38,663 nucleotides of DNA from Perkinsus olseni (taxonomy: Eukaryota), in contig JABANN010000329.1 in the NCBI GenBank assembly GCA_013115125.1, positions 1-38,663 of the forward strand, written 5' to 3'. A program made the translations under genes and the position numbers. Below, in pieces: positions 1-10,100 of this stretch. Every line of letters starts with the position of its first letter. The first letter of the stretch is position 1. The notes below the pieces were generated by a model. It was not told the origin of the DNA, did no database searches, and worked only from the letters and a program-made list of their open reading frames with translations.

Positions 1-1
1 A

Positions 2-77
<76 letters not shown>
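1..77. repeat. (AAAG)n tetranucleotide microsatellite at the window start
   Basis: Perfect AAAG repeats from base 1 to about 77. Confidence 0.97.
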
Positions 78-690
78 GGCGCTAAGTTAGCGGCAAGGCT
101 TGAGGGCCGTATGTTGCGGCGGTGCACCGTTGTGTACGTGAGGCATGCTGTGGCGTAGTTGTACAAAGCCAGATACCAGCTTGGGTCGGCCGCCGACCCA
201 AGGGTTGGACGCCGACCGTCGGCGTACGATCTGGTGGGACAGCCGTTTCAAACGGCCCGTTTGCCGTCCATTAAGAACTCTGTCCCTCGCAGGTAGAGAG
301 GTGTATATTTCTGCTCCATATCGCTACGAATCGTAGCCCACGAATGATGGTATGTTCCATCTCCTTGCGGAGGCTCTGATTGACAAAGCACATGATATGC
401 CTGACGATGCTGCACAGTACTTAAAGAGTGCCCTGGACACGAAACGGTATGGCTACCCGAACATAGCCGTCACCGTTGAGGGACTGGAGGAACACAGGTT
501 CGTTGGATAACCTTGCGTCGCTCTTCTTTCAAAGTTCGCAATTCAAACCCCCAGTGAATATGCGTGAGTGACAGTGTTTGTAGGTCGTCAATAATACCGT
601 CGGGGCTCTCAAGTCAATCATGTCCAAAGCGTTTGATGGGGGGAGCTTCGACATCGGAATATTGGTACGGGAGGCTTATTGACTATGTAA
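78..690 (+). other. Possible partial multi-exon hypothetical gene
   Basis: Short open segments (AKLAARLEGRMLRRCTVVY; LYKARYQLGSAADPRV; ALIDKAHDMPDDAAQYLKSALDTKR) flanked by GTGAG/GTATG and YAG-like sites; no recognisable domain. Confidence 0.3.
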
Positions 691-1044
691 GCTGAAGAGT
701 GGCTCAGTCGCTGTGACGGACACCGTGTCGCTGATCACGTAACACTCAGAGACCTGTATTTCCCATCGTCGTTACCACCGAATAGCATGGCAAACGCAAT
801 ATGCGGCATGCATCTCACATGCAGAGCTGCACCTGCTGAAAGCTTCATAGCATGTGAAAGTTGAATTTGTAGACAATTGTGTTCTCATTGCCAGACCATT
901 TCCATAGCTAATTGTGTCCTGTCCCTACCAACAATTCCTGAGCTATGCTATTATCGATTGAGTGATCTTTGCCCATTCACATATACATTCCATACGTTCC
1001 TATAATATATTTCCTCGGACGTCCTACTCTGCGTTGGTTACATC

Positions 1045-1054
1045 TGGTAGCAGC
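1045..1054 (+). promoter_or_regulatory. Retrotransposon primer-binding site, probably complementary to the initiator tRNA-Met 3' end
   Basis: TGGTAGCAGC is the reverse complement of GCTGCTACCA and lies 2 nt after a CA LTR-type terminus. Confidence 0.65.
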
Positions 1055-1060
1055 TCCTTC

Positions 1061-1381
1061 ATGTCTTCGTCAACTTCAACCCGTGGTGTACTTCATCCTC
1101 CTACTTACAAATTCGGAGATGACTTTATTACTTGGTCTGAACGCTTCAAGCTTATCCTTAAGGTCAATAACTATGATGATGCTAAGGGATTGAAGCTTTT
1201 GCCCTTATATCTCGACCCTACTACATATTCTATTTATCGTGAGCTGGAAGGTTCTGGACCCCTGGCAACACTCGAAGAAGCGTTAAAAGCGTTAACTAAG
1301 GCTCTGAGACCAAGAACGGCAACTATTGCCTCAATTGAATTCACCTCATCGTTGCTCAATCACCTCACGGCTTCTCGCTGA
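1061..1381 (+). pseudogene. Retrotransposon gag N-terminal fragment (Ty3/gypsy-like), truncated
   Basis: PPTYKFGDDFITWSERFKLILKVNNYDDAKGLKLLPLYLDPTTYSIYREL matches the capsid pattern F..W..RF...D..KL..LP.YL...Y..L; no zinc knuckle, protease or RT follows. Confidence 0.7.
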
Positions 1382-2078
1382 CCTCAGATTAGCAGAGACA
1401 CCTTAGATTAGTTACTAACCGTTAGTATGATCTGCTCGAAGCCGTCGTGGCTTGTTGTGACACTCTTATCTGGGTCGTTCATTCGGAGGAGTAGTCTTCG
1501 TAGCGCATAGGACAAAACATGCGTATTCTGCTTAGCACGTTAGCAATTATCGAGCACCAAGTGAACAGTGACCAGCTCACCGAGCCCTCGGGAAACACAC
1601 AGTGAGCTGCTCGGTCAAAGCGCAGCAGTCCGCGTGAGCGATACAACGATAACGCACCTGTAGCTGACGTCCACACCGTGCGCGCGACCGACTGCCAGTC
1701 GGCGACTGGTCACATAATATCCATTCTACAGGGTGTCTTAATACGATACGCAATTTATTCTCATATTGTGAGCCCCTTCGACTGATTCCTACTAACAGGG
1801 TCCGACGGTCGTGACGAGCGTTTGCGTGCCAGCAGTGACAGTTTTTCCCCACCCATCTATGAGTTATAGATATGACTCATAGAGAGGTCGTTAGACTATG
1901 ACGAAGCGTGTACCCGACCCGGACACGGAATCAACTTCCTCGAAGGGCGGAAGCCTCGACGATTGAGCTCGGCAACAGCGCAGCATTGCACGGAGTTCGT
2001 CTTTCCGATCGATTTTCCTTCGGGAAAGTCCATTTTCCCGGCCCAACCGCTGCGCCCACAGAGGTTATTCACGCCCTC

Positions 2079-2987
2079 ATGATCGTCAACCGCACTGTCG
2101 GCCTCATCTACCTGACCCTGGCGTTGCTACCGACGACTATCTTCTGTCTGACAAGTCAGAAGCGGAAAGGTCCTTTCACCCCCGACGCCTCCGCGCTCGA
2201 ATATCGCTTGGCCAACTCATCGGATACTCTGGTCACGGATGAGTTACACCCAACTGCCGGAGTATTTCTGGCCATAGACCCGAATAAGAATGTAAGAAGC
2301 CGTCTGGGACTTTCGTCACGATTCTCAGTCGTTCAATCATTCCCTTCATTGATTCGACGTACACCTGGGAACATTACTCAGGTCGTGGTGGGATCTGCCG
2401 AGTTCGGACTTGTAAACAACACGGATGACGACCGTGAGGAAGTGTTTATAACCGAAGGGTACTTGAGGAAAGCTTGGAGACGCCCAGGGCTGCCCTCGAA
2501 GATGCTCGAGAAGTTGCTAGAATACGTAAGCGTCTTCAATTCAGCTCTTCTGAACCGCGCCCCGATTGCGACTTCTCGCCAGTTGGTGATCGGAAAGTCA
2601 CATATCTCTACATTTACAACAGAATAGCACATCGTGGGCAGGATGCGTACCATTGATTAGCGATGTGTATGGCATGGCAAAGCCAATACCCCAACAAGTT
2701 CAGATTCATACTCAGAGGCCTCAAGTCGCCTCTGCATGGGTGCGACTGGGCCGTTCTGACAAGTTCATCAATAACGAGGTCCAGAAAGCTGGTTTCGAGC
2801 GATGCGGTGAGCGGGGCAACGATGAAGGCCTGATCAACGAGGAAGTGATCGTAAGAACTTTATCATCTCAGATTCCAACGATCGAGAATATCGTGATTTC
2901 TGCTTCGAGTTCTCCGATGTCACGGAGAATAATCCACCTGTTGACGTTGGATCTTTCCCTGTCATCCCTGCGCCATCAGACGACTGA
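2079..2987 (+). CDS. Signal-peptide GNAT-fold protein, paralogue 1 (exons 2079-2291, 2382-2525, 2704-2806, 2872-2987; 191 aa)
   Basis: GT-AG splicing gives an open frame: hydrophobic leader MIVNRTVGLIYLTLALLPTTIFC, then LEYRLANSSD, FLAIDPNKNVVVGSAEF, EVFITEGYLRKAWRRPGLPSKMLEKLLEYI, VASAWVRL...VQKAGFERC. Exon structure is shared with two paralogues. Confidence 0.8.
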
Positions 2988-3618
2988 GGTGGGCTGGAAA
3001 AAAGATTCTATGTGAAGGATGAGATGTTTGCATGATGTTGTTCCCTGGGCTCATCGTTGAGAGTCCCTGAATCCAATGGTCTACGCTTTGGTTACCAGAG
3101 TTCGGTAGCACGGGATTGGGGCATTCGACGGCGTCGAATGCCGGGACGCGTAGGCTCTCCATACTGTAGCCCTGGCGACCAGAGAACAGTGTTCTCAGAA
3201 CACTGAAGGAATCCGAGCGGGAGCGATCCCAGGAAACCTTTTCACGATGTAACAGACCTCGGTCGATCCGTCCAGTCGGTCTATACGAGACCGATCTTTG
3301 GCAAGAGCCTTATGAGCCAGCGCCTGCCATCTCGCTGTGTGTGTTTGAACGACTTATTCTTAAAGACGACCTCTCGGACATGACATACTTAGTACGTCAT
3401 ACTACTGACATGCCACTTATACTCACCAGGTCATTGGCCTCCTCTCTTCATTCGGACTCGAATCAGTCCTAGCCGGAAGAGAAGATACGGTACCTTATAT
3501 ACCGCCTTCGAGTCCACTACGCCTGCCAGCGCCGCGGCGCGAAGCTCGTTTTTCCGATCAATCCACCCTCGTGCACACTAATATTTTCCACCACTCTCAC
3601 ATAAGCTAGCAGCACCCT

Positions 3619-4533
3619 ATGGTTGCTAATCGCCCCAGTCGCCTCATCTGCCTGGTCTCGGCGCTGATGCCGGCAACCATCAGTTTGACGAGCCAGCAAC
3701 AAAGCAGTGCCTTCATTCCCGATGTCTCTAAGCTCGAATATCGCTTGGCCGAACCATCTGATGTTCTCATTACGAATAAGGTTAACCCGACAGCTGGACT
3801 GTTCGTGGCAGTTGTGCCCAAGCGGAACGTAAAGAGCAGGCCCTGCTCAGCAGGGCGTTTAATCTGGTGACCCTTATTGCAGAAGGATCCTTTCAGGTGG
3901 TTGTGGGGTCTGCTGAGTTCGGTCTCGTCGCTAACACAGAAGGCAGCGGGGAGAAAGTGTTTATCACCGAGGGTAATTTGAGGGAGCATTTCATGCACCC
4001 AGGACTCGCTTCCAAGATGCTTAAGAAGCTGCTGGAATACGTAAGTCTATCTCTTTTCAACTTTTTAGAAATTGAGACTATCAACTTTGGAATCTTGGGT
4101 TCTAACCATCTAGCTCAGTACGGTATGGGGTGCACTCAGTTCCGTCATAGTTGAGATCGACAAGCTCTGTTTTCGAGCTCCCTGCGTTCGGCTAAATGCA
4201 CGAACATATCGAATAACCCCCGTGATCAGATCCATAGTGAGAGGCGTCGAGTGACCAAAGCCTGGATACGCGTGCGTCGCTCCGACGAGTTCTTCACCAG
4301 CGAGGTTACGGAGGCCGGCTTCCAACGTTGCGGTAAGCTAAGTGACAAGGAAATTCTATGTGTCATCATCAGTGCCGGTGAATGTAGGTTCCAGCGACAG
4401 GGAATGGCTTAATTTCTGTTACCGATTCCCTCACAGCACGAACAAGAATCCTGTGAGCTGGATCATGCCGAAGATCCAGGCTGGTGGCAGTAAGTCTTTC
4501 CCTATTATCGACGCGCCCTCAGACTTCCACTGA
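3619..4533 (+). CDS. Signal-peptide GNAT-fold protein, paralogue 2 (exons 3619-3828, 3897-4040, 4230-4332, 4388-4533; 200 aa)
   Basis: Same intron positions and phases as paralogue 1; LEYRLAEPSD, VVVGSAEFGLV, FMHPGLASKMLKKLLEYI, AWIRVRRSDEFFTSEVTEAGFQRC. Confidence 0.8.
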
Positions 4534-5551
4534 ACGAGGGAGATTGCACGTATGAGAGGAGATGTTCTGCACGACGTTGTCGGTTGTTCGTTCGATCGCG
4601 CGCTTGTGTAAAGAGTCCTTCAATCTAGCGGCCTGCATTCCCTATCAAAATGCGCAAGGCGGTCTCCGAGGAGGGAGCTCAGAAGCTTCAAGCCGAAGCC
4701 TCAAACGCGCAGGCAAATGACACTTGCGTACGGACTCGGCCTGGCCGTTATTCTGAAGTAAAAAATTCCCTTGTAAGAATGCTTAAAAGAATGACAGACG
4801 CTTTCGAAAATCATCCGTACGTAAATATCTCTGGATCAGAAATTCCGGTGCCCTGTGAAGACATCCTCCACCTCACGGGCTGCCACTAGGGTAACCTTCC
4901 AAACTTCAAACAGTCCGGATCGAACCGAAGACCTTTAGTTGGAGATAATGGCAATAAATAATTTCATCATCCGGGAATGGCTGTATCTCGATCTTTGCGT
5001 ATACAGACTCTGCTAACTCCGACTGGCGATTTGCGATCGAGGTTTTCCCCTTTCGAAAGAAAAAGTGAGCTCGCGTAGCCCTTGCTCCATTGCCACTGTG
5101 GCGACCCACATCTGCGCTCGGGATAGATCACTAACGTATCGCCGAGCTCAGCAGCTCGAACCATTCTCAAATCGACAATCTGAGGACCTCAGATCTTAGA
5201 CTGAGAACATCCCGGTTGAAGGCTTTTGTGTACTAGAATGGTTAGTGAACTTCTAGTGATGATTAGCTGATGAATCACTGTTGTCTCGTAGCACAGTTTA
5301 GCACCCTATACTCAGGCGGCCCAAACAGTCAAGAGCCTGATTACCTCCATCGCGGAAATGAAGAAGATGGAAAATGACTCAGCCGTGCACCGTGCAATCT
5401 GAGAGGTGAGTGTGGCGCTTTGACACCCTCGCTCTCAATTCCTGCATAAATCAGAACTGCACGAATTTCACCATTCCAATAGATGCGTCTTCGAGCACAT
5501 TCGTTCTTCCCGGCCCACCCGCTGCCCCCACAGAAGTTATCGTCGCCCCTC

Positions 5552-6377
5552 ATGATCGCTAACCGCGCTGCCGGCCTTATCTACCTGACCCTGGTGTTGC
5601 TACAGGCGACCGTCTTCTGCTTGACAGAAGCAGAAGTCAGAAGCAGAAGGGTCCCCTCACTCCTGACCCCTCCAAGCTTGAATATCGCTTGGGTGAACCA
5701 TCCGATATTCTGATCGCGGATAAGGAATACCCTACCGCTGGACTATTCGTTGCAGTTGACCCGAAGGATCATGTGAGCAGCCATCGACAGCCCGGCACTT
5801 GATTGCTGGCTACACTCATTCTGTTCGTTTACGGAGGAATCCTTCAGGTTGTGGTGGGGTCTGCCGAGTTCGGTCTCGTTGAGAATGAGAGCCCTGAGGA
5901 AGTGTATATAACCGAAGGGAAATTGAAGAAAGAGTGGGAGCTCCCAGGCCTTCCCGCAAAGATGCTCAAGAAGCTTCTAGAATACGTAAGTCCACTCATC
6001 CTCACAAGTCGTGGTCGCATCCGTTCTCAACCTGCCACGAACCAAGGTCGACCTAAGATACGCCTCCGTCTAACAGCGGCGATGTAGCCGAGCTGCAGTT
6101 ATAGCGATGCTGCTCAGATCGAGGAGAAAAGGCCTCAAGTCGCCATGGCATGGACAGAAGTGGAACGCGACGACAAGTTCTACACCAAGGAGCTCAAGAA
6201 GGCCGGCTTCAAGCGCTGCGGTAGGTGTAGCCACGATAGCGAAGTTGTATAACGATGATGCTCGCAGATTCCGACGATTTCGAGTACCGTACTTTCTGCT
6301 ACGAATTCCGCCAGAAGGAACCCCCGGCTGTTGGTAGTGAACCCTTTCCCGTTATCCCTACCCCTTCCGACGAGTAG
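5552..6377 (+). pseudogene. Signal-peptide GNAT-fold protein, paralogue 3, frameshifted in exon 1 (exons 5552-5772, 5848-5985, 6118-6220, 6268-6377)
   Basis: Homologous exons with intact splice sites, but an extra 8 nt (GAAGCAGA, about 5627-5634) relative to paralogue 1 leads to a stop at 5713; the downstream frame is otherwise intact. Confidence 0.75.
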
Positions 6378-7179
6378 ATCGGAAAGGCACTGCATGGCAC
6401 CAACGATGAGATGTTCCGAATGATGTTTGATGTCGAAACTGTTTCACTGTTGAGTGGTGTGAAACAGATCGCAGCCAAAACACTGAGTAGTCGTAGGCTT
6501 TTCACCAGTTTGCAAAGTGTGTGTCGCAACCACTGGCGATAACACTACCACTAGAGATGTGGTAAAGCGAGAGAGTCTTACCATCTGTGTAAAGCTAACG
6601 CAAAGAATTATGGGCGCGCCACAATAACCAATGCACAGCAATAAGAGAGACCTTATCGACTCTAACATCGATTAAAATGTCTTCGAAGTTCGGTATACTT
6701 TGGTTGTGAGATCGTATTCGATAAGTTGTGAGTGGCGTGGCCTACGTCCAATGAACCCCTCTGAAGCAATAGTTACAACCGCCTACCGGCCGCCATCGTT
6801 ATTATGATGCAAGAGAGAATGAAAGACATCATCGGCATATCCGGCTAGCCGAAAAGGCAGTAGCTGGCAACCAGCAGACGTGGATCCTTCAATGAGTTTC
6901 AATGCGTAACCATTCAAGTCTGGTCGTCCAGAAACCAAATACTTTCCGACGCTACAACGGAGCGTCCGTTCCGCTCACGTCGAGACTGACAACGCTCCGC
7001 TAAAGATTGACAGGCTTTGCCTTTTCGTAAGTTCACGACTGGGGTCGCTCGAGACTCAACACAAGCGACCAACCCCTAGAAACGTCGACGACTCAGTAAT
7101 AGTCTCAAATGAATCGATAATTGCCTCACACATGGCGAGGTCACTGCGTAGTGACAGAAAGATACCCGTCACCAAGGGC

Positions 7180-10100
7180 TCACGCCTGCCAACCGTCTAC
7201 TCGACATTCAATCTTATATCGTTTCTCCGATATATATCTCTCCATCACTTTCGTGAGCATCGTGGCCGACTTCAAATCCTCATTCCTACAGGGACTCAGG
7301 TCCAACTCCATGTCTGGCTTGTACGGGACACTGTTGGTTGCCCCTCGACGAGAGAAATTCTTGTAAACCTGCGGAGAATGATCAACCCGACCACCAACTC
7401 GCGCGCGGCACTCCTCTCCGCATCACGAGTATCATCGCGTGACAACGTAGACCGGAAACCCTTCACGATTGCGCGATGTCTCTATAATAGATACACATAA
7501 CGAGAAATCGAAATTCTATTTCTCCCACACGGAAGACGTATGCTTCGCTTCTCGACATGAGTGATGAATTTTCGGAATGAGTATCAGCGATTAGCCATTC
7601 ACTCATCCAGAATCATGGCAGCCTACTTGATAATTATCATCCGACTCTCCAACAGAGTGATAGTTATCCAGCCGACAGTCGACGGCATTTTCCAGGAACA
7701 GATTCATCGTGAAGATCGCCACGTGTTTGTTAACAAGGGGTTCAAACAGGACGGCCGTCCGAGCTCGAGTTCTGTATTCGAGAACCGTCTTCCCGAACAC
7801 TCGCAGCTCGAAGATTTTGCCGTAGTCCTTGGCGAAGTACTCAATGTTGTTCAAGACCTTCAGCCAGTACCCCGGCCTTTTCGCAAGGTCCTGATGATAT
7901 GCAAAATCGATCACGCGATCGATTAGGGAACTCCGCCTACCTCGGGGAAGAGCCTGTCCTTAAACTCGAAGTGGAAATCCTTCTCCATAGCAGGGCAAAC
8001 CTGGAAAATCGCCCATAGTATCAGAACGGCTACATACACACAAAGGGGCATAACCAAATCCTTCACATCAGTACAGCCTCCGCGTTATTCTCTATCCCAT
8101 TCGGTGCAGCATCGAAGCGCGGATCCGTGGATGATACAAGTTTTACATACAAGAATGGGTAAAGACAAGTATTGGCAATACAAGTTGTATTCATACACGT
8201 TGACGTAAGGCATCAGCCTGCTACGAGTTTTGAATACGAATGTCGCGCTCCTCACACTAACGTTGGTTCTACATCGCTCAAAGCGTTTCGCAGGCTCCGG
8301 TTGCCCTCGGGAAGAGCTCTCCAAATGCAACCCAGCATGCGAACATTCAACCATGAATGTACACATGGCTCGAGTACGATCAGAAAGGGCATGTGCTAGC
8401 GGCTTACCGCACATCAACGCGGTCTACTGCGCGAAGGCTCACCAATTTCTACTCGAGAGTCAGAGCACTCGTGACGAGTACTGCAAGAAAGGAGGCAGCA
8501 GCTCATCCCCTTGCTCACCTTGGCTGGGTAGTGCATGCCCTGGAACGTCATCTTCCTGTCTGTAGCTGAGATGCACCGTTCGCACTCTTCTCGAGTGGCG
8601 TATCTTATCCACCCGTAACCAGCTCCGGCATAATCTCGGCGACCTCTTTTACACTTGACCTGATATCTTTCTGTAACAACAGTCGAACGACGATTGAGAA
8701 ACGACTGTGGAATGGCCTATTGCCCTAGTAGCCGCAGGAGTATCTCACCTTGGCCTCCTGCACTTCGCCGAATTTAGAAAACGCTTCCTTCAAATCATCC
8801 TCGCTGTAGCTCCTCGGGAAGCCATACACGAACAGTATCGTCGCCATATCGATGTAGTGGTCATCCTGAAGCATCACCATCAGTCCGCCAACTTCCAAGC
8901 TCTTGCCCTCGATCAGCGGTATAAAGTCCTGATAGCTCAGCCCAGTGCACTTCCTGCTGTGGCCAAGAATACGCAATTTCACTTCGACTCACACTCAGAA
9001 TAAATGCAAGTATCGATATATAAGCATGTGAAGAGCACTAGGAGAGGGAACAGGGAATGTCCCTCCCTAGCCGAAGACCGTATCTCAAGTACGAGGACAG
9101 GTTGGCACTTCCCACCATGGTCTAAGAACGACAGTTTTACTTAACAACCCGATATACCCGGAGCAAGCTGGTTGCAGAGAATGAAGGAATCTTAGGTTGA
9201 TGAAGAGCGCATACATTATAGTCCACAGTATAGCCAACGCACACGAAGGCTTAACGTTGCTGCCTAGTTACGACGTCCGAAAGGTGGTAAAATTCTCGTT
9301 AGCTAACAGCCACGCGAGAATAAATGAGGGACCGTGGAGCCGGGTTCGACAAGAAAGCCTATCTTACCTTATGAGGTCCAGGAAGCTCGCACGACTTGAA
9401 TGATGGTCGAGGTCCTGAGCAAGATACGCCATACCTTCGCTGCGTCCAGCAGCTCGGCAGCAGCCAGCCCGCACAGTGAAGAATATCCACACCCTACCTT
9501 TTCCGTATTGCTTGAACCCATACCACTCCCCGGTGAACCTTCGCCAGTCGGGATGATACTCTATCCGGCTCCAGTCCACCACGGGCTTGTTCCGAGCCTT
9601 TCCTTCCTTCCATTCCCGTCCCCATCCACCACCACCGCCACGACGATTCTTCCATTCCAACTGTCGTCCGCCCGCTCCCGACTCGCCACCTTTGTTTTTC
9701 CAATACCACTCCTCCCCATAATTCTTAGACTTCTCCCAGTCGTCCCAATCATCGTGGCGAATCTCCTCGGGCTGTCGAGCTTTGGGTTCTTCCGGAGTGA
9801 AACTCTGCTTCGCGCCGCGGTCCTCCTGTCGCTCCGGCGAGTCGCCTTTTCCCCGTGGTTTTCGATCAAAAACCAGCCACCTGGTTCCACCACCCTACAA
9901 GGAGAAGCATCCGGCAAAGCAGCGACGAGCAACCCAGGGACACCCAGTGAGCGCACGAAATGAAGATGAAGGATTCCACCCGCCCACCGACCTGTGAATC
10001 GTCCGATGCACGAACAAACGTCAAGGTCTGGAAATTAGAGTTGAAACATCCTGAAAAAAGGACACGCTCCTCCTTGTCCTCATCGCGATGATTCCTTGGC

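Larger units (their letters stand above)
686..1381 (+). mobile_element. Truncated LTR-retrotransposon remnant (putative 5' LTR, primer-binding site, gag fragment)
   Basis: LTR-like end ...GGTTACA at 1042, a 2-nt spacer, TGGTAGCAGC at 1045-1054, then ATG at 1061 opening a gag-like ORF. The left edge (TGTAA at 686, inverse of TTACA) is a guess; TGTAG near 868 is an alternative. Confidence 0.65.

Noticed and set aside
1-77. (AAAG)n as a coding KERK repeat
   Set aside because: The frame is open into the downstream segment, but a perfect microsatellite at a probable contig edge gives no independent evidence of coding.
1440-1850. Minus-strand gene remnant or retroelement pol continuation
   Set aside because: A few splice-like sites, but no consistent frame and no protease, RT or integrase motifs.
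2195-2225. PEXEL/TEXEL host-export motif in YRLAN/YRLAE/YRLGE
   Set aside because: It lacks the required Arg two residues before Leu and is better explained as the first GNAT strand.
1908-2627. 239-aa ORF as a single-exon protein
   Set aside because: It reads through a 90-nt in-frame intron (2292-2381) and into intron 2; paralogue comparison defines the real ATG (2079) and exons.
6400-7170. Additional gene between the array and the RRM gene
   Set aside because: Only short ORFs with no recognisable motifs; a model could not be assembled.
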